Shown here piece by piece: positions 8,448 through 16,854 of a stretch of DNA of 32,000 nt. This stretch comes from an uncultured archaeon (lineage in GTDB: Archaea > Asgardarchaeota > Thorarchaeia > Thorarchaeales > Thorarchaeaceae), in assembly GCA_964354495.1 (NCBI GenBank), contig CAYHAA010000011.1, forward strand, positions 76,811 through 108,810, read 5' to 3'. Under the pieces are notes generated by a model. The model was not told where the DNA came from and did no database searches. It worked only from the letters and a program-made list of their open reading frames with translations. The position numbers were made by a program, and so were the translations under genes. How positions within the stretch are numbered: the stretch's first letter is position 1; each line of letters begins with the position of its first letter.

Positions 8448-9365
8448 TTATATTCTTTGTGAAAGTGCGAATCCAGCAAGTAGCTCCTTCAATACATCTC
8501 GTGCAGCGATTGCAGTGATTCCTGTTGAATCCACGAGGGGATTGAGCTCCACAATATCAGCATACTTGACCTTTCCAGTTGAAAACGCAACTTGGAGCAG
8601 CTTCACTAGCTCTTCCATCGAGAGACCGCCTGATTCGGGATGGCTCACACCTGGCGCAGTTTGAGGCGCGAGCACATCAAGATCAATAGATACGTAGAGT
8701 ATATCCACCCGTTGGCCGAGTTCAGTGATGCGTGCTGAAACTGGGGACTTACTGTACCCATCGAGCTCCTCGCGTTGTTCAGGTACGGCTGACCTAATGT
8801 CATACGCGACGATATCACTTGTTTTCACAATTCCGTTGTCAATGATACGTCTCACAGTGGTAGCATGCGACAACTGATATCCACCCATATCTGAATACAG
8901 GTCTGCATGCGCATCGAGGTAGACCAAGCCGTACTTCGAAGGCCTGCCTCGCTTCAGTCCCTTCATTATTGGGTACGTGATGAAATGGTCACCTCCTAGG
9001 AAGACGAGAGAGCTTGGTCGAGTGGCAAGTTTCGCGCATGCCTCAGAAATGTCAATTGCCGCGGCATCTGGCATGCGCAGAACAACCTCGAGGTCGCCTA
9101 CATCTTCAAGAGTGATGCGTTTGGAAAGCGGCTTCGGTGATGATGCTCTATCGCCGATGGATAGTGGATAGCTGTGCGACCTCTCACTGTCCGTGGCTTG
9201 CCGAATGGCATCAGGTCCAAAGCGATTACCCGGCATATAGCTAGATGCAAGATCGTAAGGCACCCCAATGATGCCAACATCAGGTTCTCCTTTCTTGGGC
9301 GAAGGTATACCAAAGAATGTTCGCGGCAATCGTAGGTAACCGTTGAGTTCATCTTTGAGGGGCAT
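8448..9365 (-). CDS. speB: Agmatinase / ureohydrolase (arginase superfamily)
   Basis: GVPYD, G.RFGP.AIR, GGDH.IT, DAHADL, SIDLDVL.P..APG and ELNP motifs. Substrate inferred from family only. Confidence 0.82.
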   Translation of the reverse strand: MPLKDELNGYLRLPRTFFGIPSPKKGEPDVGIIGVPYDLASSYMPGNRFGPDAIRQATDSERSHSYPLSIGDRASSPKPLSKRITLEDVGDLEVVLRMPDAAAIDISEACAKLATRPSSLVFLGGDHFITYPIMKGLKRGRPSKYGLVYLDAHADLYSDMGGYQLSHATTVRRIIDNGIVKTSDIVAYDIRSAVPEQREELDGYSKSPVSARITELGQRVDILYVSIDLDVLAPQTAPGVSHPESGGLSMEELVKLLQVAFSTGKVKYADIVELNPLVDSTGITAIAARDVLKELLAGFALSQRI

Positions 9366-9366
9366 A

Positions 9367-9377
9367 GTTCAATTGAA
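9367..9377. promoter_or_regulatory. Candidate operator GTTCAATTGAA immediately upstream of the agmatinase start
   Basis: Contains the 10-bp palindrome TTCAATTGAA and is identical to the core of the 11883..11900 palindrome. It lies between a TATA-like CTTATCTT (9395..9388, minus strand) and the ATG. Confidence 0.4.
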
Positions 9378-9417
9378 ACTCACGAGCAAGATAAGCAATG
9401 CTATGCAATCAAAGAGG

Positions 9418-9465
9418 AAAAAATGAAGAAGGGAATCCCAGCAGATTAGAAATCTTGCTGGGATT
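9418..9465 (-). terminator. Hairpin plus pyrimidine/U-tract terminator-like element after the surface-protein gene
   Basis: AATCCCAGCA (9434-9443) pairs with TGCTGGGATT (9456-9465). On the minus strand it is followed by CCCTTCTTCA-TTTTTT. It begins 15 nt after the stop at 9481. Confidence 0.6.
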
Positions 9466-9480
9466 ACTCTTTAGCTAGAC

Positions 9481-11130
9481 TTATACTTGGTACGATGCGC
9501 CACCGTGGGCGCCCCTGCCTCGAACCATCAAGGCAATGTTGAGAAAGGCTCCCAGTCCTACTACACCAACTGCAATACCTGTGAATGGCATTCCGTCATT
9601 GAACATCTGAGTCAAGAGACCCAATGGGTCTGCACTGACAGTGTAGCCATCGATGTGTGTTGACTTCATGTAAGTGGTTGCATTGTATGTATAGATCATT
9701 TCAGCAGGCATGAATGCATACCCACCTTCATACGCGAATGTCACTGTGTATGTGAAATTCAACCATCCTCCTGCAGGAATGCTTCCTGAGGTTGCGAGAG
9801 TATCTCCTGTGACATTGACAGAGTCGTAGGTTTCTCCAATCTCAATATCTACAACTGTGACATTGGTGATTGCCCCGGGCCCGTCATTATGTACTGCAAC
9901 GACAACATCGACAGATTCTCCAGGAGTTACTGTGGCAGGACTGAACTCACGTGTGACGGTGACAAGGGGTGGGAAATCTCCTTCAATGAAGTTGACAGTG
10001 TAGTCCGTTTCTGTGGAGGATGTTGCATTCCAAAACACCATACCTGATTCGTTGTCATAGTGTGTTCGATTCAAAGCTTCATACTCAGGACTGTAAGATG
10101 TGATATTCACGGTTTGGGGCATGGATAATACTACGAACGATTGACCGTCGTCCAGGCCACTCACATTGCCACTTGACTTTCCAAGAAGATCCTCAAAGAT
10201 ATTGAGTTCTGTGGAGGAAGTAGTCAGGACCTGGTCTCCGATGTATCCTGCAAAAACGACTGCAAGTGGACCATCAAGCTCCGGCATCTGGGAGAGTGCG
10301 AATGACGACGCTGAAGGTGTACTGTTCGTAAAGCCACCAATGAGGTCTGCCAACGCACCGAGGTCAGGTATGGCCACAAGTCCAGCTCCCGAGGCTCGAG
10401 CCTCAGAAAAGATCGTTTCATCAATAGAGCCCAGAAAACCTGAGTCGTCCATCACGCTAAACACGCTGCTGACAGCTTCTCCAAACGTATTGCTGACTTG
10501 AGAGATGAATACATCAATGCTCTCGAAGGGTAATGTGACAATCATTTCTGGCGGGAAGAAGCTCTCATCAATCCTCAGATTGAGTAGGTCTGAGAACACG
10601 AACCCGAAGGCAAGATTGAGATGAGCCTTTATGGCTGCCATATTCGTCTGAGCAGCTGCTGCCTCTGCATTCACAAAGATATTGACGAGAAGGCTGAAAT
10701 CAGTTCCGAGCATGGCAAGCAATGAATTCACATCGAGACCACCCTCTCCGAACTGAGTTGCAGAGAACTCTCCACCGCCACCGGTGATATTGAGAAGATC
10801 TGAACCTATGAAGTCGATTATGTAGTCCAGAAGCTCACCCTGCGTAGCAACTAGGGCCATCACCATACAGTCTGTGTACATAGGTTCGGTCAGGCCTAAC
10901 GCATCTGACGGAATACCCAGCTGTGCATAGATCACTGCAGGTTCGCCCTGTGGCCCGATAGCTGCGAAGACCAACTCGGCTCCGTTTTCAAGGAGACCAG
11001 TGAAGAAGTCCTCATCGAAATCCTGAGATAGTGCGACTCCACCTGAATTGGCTGCAGCCACATTTGGTGCGGCTAGCAAGAAGCCTATGGCAATTGCTAC
11101 AATTAGTGCGTGCTTATGATTAAGTGTCAT
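9481..11130 (-). CDS. Cell-surface/secreted protein with signal peptide, Ig-like domain and C-terminal membrane anchor
   Basis: Signal peptide MTLNHKHALIVAIAIGFLLAAPNVAAA, acidic and N-x-S/T-rich body, a V.PGE.V.V.V.V.N.G...I.NV.V.D Ig-like (DUF11/BatD-like) segment and a C-terminal hydrophobic helix. GGAGGC SD 8 nt upstream. Confidence 0.8.
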   Translation of the reverse strand: MTLNHKHALIVAIAIGFLLAAPNVAAANSGGVALSQDFDEDFFTGLLENGAELVFAAIGPQGEPAVIYAQLGIPSDALGLTEPMYTDCMVMALVATQGELLDYIIDFIGSDLLNITGGGGEFSATQFGEGGLDVNSLLAMLGTDFSLLVNIFVNAEAAAAQTNMAAIKAHLNLAFGFVFSDLLNLRIDESFFPPEMIVTLPFESIDVFISQVSNTFGEAVSSVFSVMDDSGFLGSIDETIFSEARASGAGLVAIPDLGALADLIGGFTNSTPSASSFALSQMPELDGPLAVVFAGYIGDQVLTTSSTELNIFEDLLGKSSGNVSGLDDGQSFVVLSMPQTVNITSYSPEYEALNRTHYDNESGMVFWNATSSTETDYTVNFIEGDFPPLVTVTREFSPATVTPGESVDVVVAVHNDGPGAITNVTVVDIEIGETYDSVNVTGDTLATSGSIPAGGWLNFTYTVTFAYEGGYAFMPAEMIYTYNATTYMKSTHIDGYTVSADPLGLLTQMFNDGMPFTGIAVGVVGLGAFLNIALMVRGRGAHGGASYQV

Positions 11131-11131
11131 C

Positions 11132-11701
11132 TTAGAGTGCCTCCTTTTTCCTCACCACTGCTCCTAATATTGCAGCGATGATGACGATTATGATGGGAGT
11201 CAAGAGCCAGATGATCAATGGTGTCAATAGTGCCATGATGTCCAGACTTCCACCAAGACCACTGATCAATGGCAGAATCTGCTCAATGGCTCCCTGAATC
11301 AGGGGAATTGATAGAACATCAGCCAGTGACGATCCCGGTGGGACTACGAACGACCCTAGTGCAATACCTCCTTGAAGAAGCAGGTATCCACAGAGCACAA
11401 CCAGCCCAAGGCATGAGAGCCAAGTCATTAAACCTACCACAAAGGCGCCCTTCTTGGTTCCAGCCATCATTCCTCCGACAAAGCCAGCTCCTGCCCAGAC
11501 AAGGACCATGGTGATGTTATTCAAAGGATTAACGAGCATCAAATTGACCATGACCATCGTCGGCCTCATGTAGTTACCAAACTGAGGTGCCAGAATTGCA
11601 ATTAATGTATTATAACCATCTGGCAACAAGAACCAACCGCCAAGGATGACAATGGCTAGTGCAATAAGCCATCCGAAATATTTGCTTGAAAATGATGAAA
11701 T
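11132..11701 (-). CDS. Multi-pass membrane protein, probably starting at a non-canonical ATT
   Basis: Track ORF 11132..11629 is hydrophobic. The same frame stays open upstream through FGWLIALAIVILGGWF to an in-frame ATT at 11701, 8 nt after GGAGGT. Its stop is 1 nt from the next gene's start. Confidence 0.72.
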   Translation of the reverse strand: MSSFSSKYFGWLIALAIVILGGWFLLPDGYNTLIAILAPQFGNYMRPTMVMVNLMLVNPLNNITMVLVWAGAGFVGGMMAGTKKGAFVVGLMTWLSCLGLVVLCGYLLLQGGIALGSFVVPPGSSLADVLSIPLIQGAIEQILPLISGLGGSLDIMALLTPLIIWLLTPIIIVIIAAILGAVVRKKEAL

Positions 11702-11882
11702 TGTGTTAAACCTCCTTGCGATTAAAGGATTCTATCCTATTCCATAATTGAATGCTATTAACACTTTGGCAGATGTTCCTGTGTCTACGGAACGTTTTTG
11801 TTACACTATCAGGAAAAGAGAAATACCTCCATGAGAAGTGCGGGGCAACCTTTTCTATCCCCTGAAAAGGAGTACTCGGTAA

Positions 11883-11900
11883 TGTGTTCAATTGAACACA
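11883..11900. promoter_or_regulatory. Perfect 18-bp palindrome TGTGTTCAATTGAACACA, probable operator
   Basis: Exact inverted repeat in the divergent intergenic region, 28 nt upstream of the wHTH regulator start. Confidence 0.6.
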
Positions 11901-11928
11901 AGCAAGTAATAGTAGGGTCGGAGAAGAA

Positions 11929-12282
11929 GTGGAGAACAACACCGAATCAGCTTCAGTGTATGAGTTAATCCAGATGATGTCGTCCCTGAACGACACGAGA
12001 AGGTCAATTCTCAACGCACTAGCCCATATCTACCCGAGAAGTGTGAGCGGTGTTCAACTCAGTCGTCTGATTGGGTACAGCGGCAAATCAAGAAGTCTAT
12101 ACAGGGGCGTTATCGCGCACCTCACGGAGCTCGAGATGATACAGATAGACCAGCTCACGCCAAAGCTCTATGCCATTCGCATCAACAATGAGCATCCACT
12201 TCTGTCTGTCCTCGTGAATCTGTGTAGGATACATGGCGAGCAATCCCGTAATCTCTACTTGAGAGCTCTGGGGGAAGAATGA
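11929..12282 (+). CDS. Winged helix-turn-helix DNA-binding protein (ArsR/MarR-like)
   Basis: TRRSILNALA...SGVQLSRLIG......VI.HL..L....MI.......Y.I has wHTH spacing. GTG start. Confidence 0.68.
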   Translation: MENNTESASVYELIQMMSSLNDTRRSILNALAHIYPRSVSGVQLSRLIGYSGKSRSLYRGVIAHLTELEMIQIDQLTPKLYAIRINNEHPLLSVLVNLCRIHGEQSRNLYLRALGEE

Positions 12283-12884
12283 ATATGGAAGACGATCTTC
12301 TGAAGCAAGCAAGGGCCTTGTACAAGGACCGCTTACGCATTGCTCTATCTGCCATGCTGATTGTCTTCACTACCACGTGCTACGTGTTTTACAATCTCGC
12401 TCTCAGCGGAACGGATGTTCCAAATGGTCTTCCAGGTGGGTCGACGCAGGGCTTTCAGGCTGCTGTTTCTTTCAATACAATTGGATTCACCGTTTCCATA
12501 CTTCTAATGGCTCTTGTCTTTCGATTCTGGTCCTGGGCATTTCTCCCTGGTCCTGCCGCCATATTCACACTTGGGTTGCTGGAGGGAATTCTCGGACCCA
12601 GAGTGGTCATTGAGCAAGTAATAGGCAAACGATTCAAGGTCACGCTTGAAAATGGGATGCAATTTGAGGTGAGTTGCAGAACCAGAAACAGAGGAACTGA
12701 TGAGTGGTTCAGCTACAGGTTGGTCACAAGCCCACTGCAAGGAAGCGGCCTGAGAGAAGTCGCGCTACGACACGGTTTTGCGTTGAAGGATGACAGGTTC
12801 GTCGCAACTGTCAGCAGTGACGAATTGCATCAACGTACTTTCCTCCTCACGAAGGCCATGATGGTTGCAAGATCGACCATTTGA
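12279..12884 (+). CDS. Hypothetical membrane protein (two N-terminal TM helices plus a soluble domain)
   Basis: Two hydrophobic segments in the N-terminal half. ATGA overlap with the wHTH gene indicates coupling. Confidence 0.72.
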   Translation: MNMEDDLLKQARALYKDRLRIALSAMLIVFTTTCYVFYNLALSGTDVPNGLPGGSTQGFQAAVSFNTIGFTVSILLMALVFRFWSWAFLPGPAAIFTLGLLEGILGPRVVIEQVIGKRFKVTLENGMQFEVSCRTRNRGTDEWFSYRLVTSPLQGSGLREVALRHGFALKDDRFVATVSSDELHQRTFLLTKAMMVARSTI

Positions 12885-12998
12885 AGTCATTCCCTCGCCC
12901 GATATCCGACATACTCAAGAAACCTATTTCTACGATTGCTGACATTCTACACTGATTCTAAGATGGTCATCCGTGTAAAGCGTACGATTGACATAGCA

Positions 12999-13355
12999 AT
13001 GGCAAACTACACCGAGATAATTGGCTTCAGTGTCTTCACCTACGAAGGTCGGGTGGCCTATGCAAGTGATAACATGGACATTAGTGGTGAGATTGGTGCG
13101 ATCATCCAATCTTGGAACGGCCAATCTCAGCAGTTCATGTTGAAGGGAATTTCCCTTATCGCAGCTTTGACGACGAATCAAGGTTTCGTGGCAATCAATC
13201 CCGATGGAGCTGTAAGTTTCATATGTGGTACAGGAAAGGGAGTCTGGTTTGTTTCTGTATTTGCACCAATGGACGTAGACAAGCAAGGGATTCTTCGAGA
13301 GTGTGTGCAAGCTGCAAAGAATCTTGAGACTTCAGTGTCAATCTTTGACATCTGA
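12999..13355 (+). CDS. Probable profilin-fold protein (divergent Asgard profilin-like)
   Basis: About 118 aa from ATG 12999: IIGFSVF..EG......NMDI..EI..II.SW....F.L.GI....T...FVAIN..G...FI....WF....P......IL.E...AA..L parallels the Asgard profilin pattern. Track ORF 12936..13355. Confidence 0.55.
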   Translation: MANYTEIIGFSVFTYEGRVAYASDNMDISGEIGAIIQSWNGQSQQFMLKGISLIAALTTNQGFVAINPDGAVSFICGTGKGVWFVSVFAPMDVDKQGILRECVQAAKNLETSVSIFDI

Positions 13356-13367
13356 TTCAGAAGCTTA

Positions 13368-13814
13368 TTATTTCGCATCCATCAAGGGCTTCTGTTCAGC
13401 GATTATCCGGGCTACAAAAGCAAGGATTGCGCCAACCCAACCAAAAGACTGCTGGAGCTGCATTGTCATATCCATCGATAGTGTTCCAGTCATAACACTC
13501 TGAACAAGTATCATCAGAAGACCGATGATACCCACTGCAATTGCCAAGTTGACGATTATTCTACCTATTCTTACCTCGGAGGTTGTTAGTATCACTCCAC
13601 CTATGATGACAACGATTCCTGATATGATGGTGATCGAAGCAAGCCCTGCCATGATATTCTCAAGTGTCAGAACCAGGGAAAACTCTAGAATCTCGCGAAG
13701 GGCTTCTGCAAGTTCATCGATAAGACCGATTACGCCACTGGCTCCGGATGCGAAGAGCAGGACTCCGCCGACAAGGCAGAGTATGAATGCGTTCCTATTG
13801 TGAATCTTCATCAA
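13368..13814 (-). CDS. Hypothetical four-helix membrane protein
   Basis: Four Gly/Ile/Leu-rich hydrophobic segments. TTTAAA box at 13846..13841 upstream. Confidence 0.78.
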   Translation of the reverse strand: MMKIHNRNAFILCLVGGVLLFASGASGVIGLIDELAEALREILEFSLVLTLENIMAGLASITIISGIVVIIGGVILTTSEVRIGRIIVNLAIAVGIIGLLMILVQSVMTGTLSMDMTMQLQQSFGWVGAILAFVARIIAEQKPLMDAK

Positions 13815-13845
13815 GAACTGCTATCGCCAACTGATGTTGTTTTAA

Positions 13846-13864
13846 AGATACCCACTTGGTATCT
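13846..13864. promoter_or_regulatory. 7-bp inverted repeat AGATACC-cactt-GGTATCT abutting a TATA-like box
   Basis: Directly visible in the divergent intergenic region between the membrane protein and the hydrolase. Function not established. Confidence 0.3.
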
Positions 13865-13950
13865 CCTCTAGGATCCCTCACCTACTCATCGTGCATTAGA
13901 ATATAGATTCTCCCATTCCCAAAAATGCTTTATTCTGGCACGTCGAGCAA

Positions 13951-14694
13951 GTGACTGTGTCACTGAACTGGGAAGAAGCTGGCAAAGAGAAAAAGCCCAC
14001 TGTGATTCTGGTTCACGGAGCGGGAGCATCTGCTGCAACATGGACACTGCAGCTCAGAGGGCTGTCCAAGCATTGTCATGTTATCGCCATTGAACTGAAT
14101 GGCCATGGAAGATCTCAAGACAAATCTGACAGCGCCGTTGCAGACTCGTATCTTGATGACATTGACCAAGTAGTATCAATCTTTCAAACTCCTATCCTCG
14201 GTGGGCATTCTATGGGCGGTGCTCTCACACAACTCTATGCTCTCCGAAACCCTGAGAAGTTAGGCGGAATCATATTGGTTGGGACGGGAGCTCGTCTGAG
14301 AGTGACTCCAGTGGTCTTTGAACTACTAGATACTGATTTTGAAGGCTATATTGAGGCATTGGGCGAGTTCATGTTCCATCAGAGTGCATCAAAAGAATTG
14401 GTCGAATCATCGCGAGAGGAGGCGCGAAAATGCCCGAAACATATCATTCGCAGGGATTTCGAACTATGCGATCACTTCGACATCATGGAACGCGTTTCAG
14501 AGATCATGATTCCTACACTAATCATCGTCGGGGATAATGATATGATGACTCCTCTCAAGTTCTCGAACTATCTTCACGAGAGAATCAAGAATTCGAAGCT
14601 CCAGACCGTCAAGTATGCAGGGCACATGGTGATGCTCGAACAACCATTGAAAGTCAACTCCGCAATCAGGAAATGGATAGAAGACACTATCTAG
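13951..14694 (+). CDS. Alpha/beta hydrolase
   Basis: LVHGAG oxyanion motif, GHGRS, nucleophile elbow GHSMGG, acid in VGDNDMMTP and His in AGHMVMLE. Confidence 0.9.
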   Translation: MTVSLNWEEAGKEKKPTVILVHGAGASAATWTLQLRGLSKHCHVIAIELNGHGRSQDKSDSAVADSYLDDIDQVVSIFQTPILGGHSMGGALTQLYALRNPEKLGGIILVGTGARLRVTPVVFELLDTDFEGYIEALGEFMFHQSASKELVESSREEARKCPKHIIRRDFELCDHFDIMERVSEIMIPTLIIVGDNDMMTPLKFSNYLHERIKNSKLQTVKYAGHMVMLEQPLKVNSAIRKWIEDTI

Positions 14695-15113
14695 AGATCG
14701 ATTAGTCGTTGGTCCCGACGCCTCTTCTCAACTGCGGCAAGAAGTCGTGATCTATCGAAGTAGACCTCATTTCGGACTATCTTCCTTCCTTCGATTTCGA
14801 CTATATCGAGACCTGTTTCGTGAATTACTTCAGTTCCTGTGGGAATGCTGTTTTTCCATTTGACAATAGCACCTGTCTTGATTGGGAAAACCTCAATTGG
14901 CTCCCATTTCCATTCCCGGTAGAAATCAAGAAGCTTGACAAAGTATCTTCGAATCTCTTCATGGCCCTTGAGCCCTTTTCTATGAGCTGGGTCTGAATAT
15001 ATGGCGTCCTTGTGGTAGTATTCTAATAGCGCATCCGGGTTGTTGCCCGTCCATGTTGCCAGCCAATCTCTGCAAAAAGCTTGGAGCTCCTTCTCATCCA
15101 TACTCGTCCACAT
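14691..15113 (-). CDS. SnoaL/NTF2-like protein
   Basis: W...W...NPDALLEYY..DA.Y.DP.....KG.EEIRRYF and G.DIVEI.G.KI.R..VYFD pattern. Start at 15113 or 15101. Confidence 0.8.
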   Translation of the reverse strand: MWTSMDEKELQAFCRDWLATWTGNNPDALLEYYHKDAIYSDPAHRKGLKGHEEIRRYFVKLLDFYREWKWEPIEVFPIKTGAIVKWKNSIPTGTEVIHETGLDIVEIEGRKIVRNEVYFDRSRLLAAVEKRRRDQRLIDL

Positions 15114-15262
15114 CTGATTTCTGCTTTTGATTCATTGCCTGAATTCATCTGGTACCTCTTATCCTTTGCCCATGAAGCACTGTCGTCTACCGGAAAAGCA
15201 ACTTACCGAGCCATTATATAGAGGATGAGTTTGTCATTTGCCATCTTTCTCTTGAAGGAGGA

Positions 15263-16669
15263 ATGGAGAATTTGACAGAAAATACAGCAATCGATGTTGT
15301 TCCAACAGATCGAAAGGAACGTGTAGCTTGGTATCTCTATGATTTTGCTAATACAAGTTTCACCGTTCTTATCGTAACTGCTCTGTTTCCAATCTACTTT
15401 GGGTATTTAGTCTGGAATGAAACACTTGGTGGTGCCTTGTGGGGATATGCTGGCAGTATCACCATGTTGATAGTTGCTTTGACAGCGCCAATTCTTGGTG
15501 CAATTGCAGATTATGGCGGATCCAAGAAGAAGTTCGTGATGTTTTATTCGTCAGTGTGTATTGCCTTTACTGCATTCATGATATTTCTACCTGGCATCCG
15601 TCAATCGCAGATTCCTGTTCCGAGACCTGAGCTATCTCCCTTTAGTTTTCCACCGATTTTGGGTCTTGATGTCTGGGTCTGGGCGTGGATCATTTTCATC
15701 ATTGCTAACGTTGGTTTCCAAGGAGCACTTCCGTTCTACGATGCATGGCTTCCGGAGATAAGTACGGAGGAGAATATTGGGAGAATAGGCGGCTATGGAT
15801 ATGCAGCTGGTTATGTTGGAGCCTTGGCAACAATCGTCATGGCCCTCATAACGATTCTGATGGACCTGCCGTACACTTATGCATTCTTCTTCAGCGCAGT
15901 TTTCTTCTTGGTTTTTGGAATCCCTAGTATCTGGAAATTAAAGAACCGGCCGGCAAGAAAATTCCCGGGCGAAGAGGGGCAATCTCTGGCAGTCTTGGGC
16001 TACAGGAGAGTCCGGAATACTATCAAGAATATTCGCAAGTATAAGGGATTACCTCTCTTTATTCTTGCTTATTTCCTCTTTAGTGATGCAATAACAACCG
16101 TGATCTACTACGCTGCGATTTTCGGGGTAGCAGTCTACCAATTCAGTACTACAATGACTCTCGTCTTCTTTGCGGTCACACAGTTTGCAGCCATCCCTGG
16201 TGCATTTGTCTTTGGATACGTTGCGGACAGAATCGGGACTAAGAAGACATTGATCACTACCCTATTCATCTGGGTTATTGCTCTGCTTGTTGCCTATTTC
16301 TTTGTATCTTGGGGGGCACTCATCTGGTGGACAGTCGGAATGATAGCGGGAGTTGGTATGGGATCATCCCAGAGTACTGCTCGAAGTATGTATGGTCAAT
16401 TCATCCCTGAAGAGAACAAGTCCGAAATGTTTGGCTTCTATGCCCTTAGCGGCAAGTTTGCGGCAATTCTCGGACCATTCGTCTATGGTACAATCCTTTT
16501 GCTTGCGAACCCGACACAGAACCCAGCTCTTATCGTAAATGCTCACCTAACTTCAATGCTTTCAGTACTGCTCTTCTTTGTAGTAGCCATACTGCTATTG
16601 TTGAAGGTACGACAACCTGTCAAAGGTGAAGCTCACGTATTTCTAGAAGACGACCAGCCTTTTGTCTGA
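15263..16669 (+). CDS. MFS transporter, UMF1/Atg22-like family
   Basis: AW.LYDFANTSF, APILGAIAD, FY.AWLPEIS..E..GR.GG.G...GY.G and QS..RS...FIPE....E.FGFY...GK motifs, about 12 TM helices. Confidence 0.9.
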   Translation: MENLTENTAIDVVPTDRKERVAWYLYDFANTSFTVLIVTALFPIYFGYLVWNETLGGALWGYAGSITMLIVALTAPILGAIADYGGSKKKFVMFYSSVCIAFTAFMIFLPGIRQSQIPVPRPELSPFSFPPILGLDVWVWAWIIFIIANVGFQGALPFYDAWLPEISTEENIGRIGGYGYAAGYVGALATIVMALITILMDLPYTYAFFFSAVFFLVFGIPSIWKLKNRPARKFPGEEGQSLAVLGYRRVRNTIKNIRKYKGLPLFILAYFLFSDAITTVIYYAAIFGVAVYQFSTTMTLVFFAVTQFAAIPGAFVFGYVADRIGTKKTLITTLFIWVIALLVAYFFVSWGALIWWTVGMIAGVGMGSSQSTARSMYGQFIPEENKSEMFGFYALSGKFAAILGPFVYGTILLLANPTQNPALIVNAHLTSMLSVLLFFVVAILLLLKVRQPVKGEAHVFLEDDQPFV

Positions 16670-16681
16670 AGCATATTCGAT

Positions 16682-16714
16682 GAGGAGAGAGATTTTCTCC
16701 TCTATCTTTTTTTT
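16682..16714 (+). terminator. Hairpin plus T8 tract after the MFS gene
   Basis: GAGGAGA (16682-16688) pairs with TCTCCTC (16696-16702), followed by TATC and TTTTTTTT (16707-16714). It begins 12 nt after the stop. Confidence 0.65.
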
Positions 16715-16854
16715 CCTGCCATTGGGCAGCAGAAGAGAGATGTTTATTTCGAGCAGATGCAGTTACGCATAGTAGTTCAGGAACTTGCATGGAGATGGCT
16801 TGAGAAAGCGATCACTGAGATTGCACATGCCTGAAAATCCTAGGGGAGAAGGAC

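Noticed and set aside
11706-12014. 102-aa minus-strand ORF and a GGAGGT at 11830..11825
   Set aside because: It overlaps the wHTH gene in antisense and the promoter region, with no protein-like features. This extra GGAGGT has no matching start, which shows such hexamers also arise by chance.
16757-16834. Small ORF MQLRIVVQELAWRWLEKAITEIAHA
   Set aside because: 25 aa, no clear SD and no recognisable motif. It could be a remnant but is unsupported.
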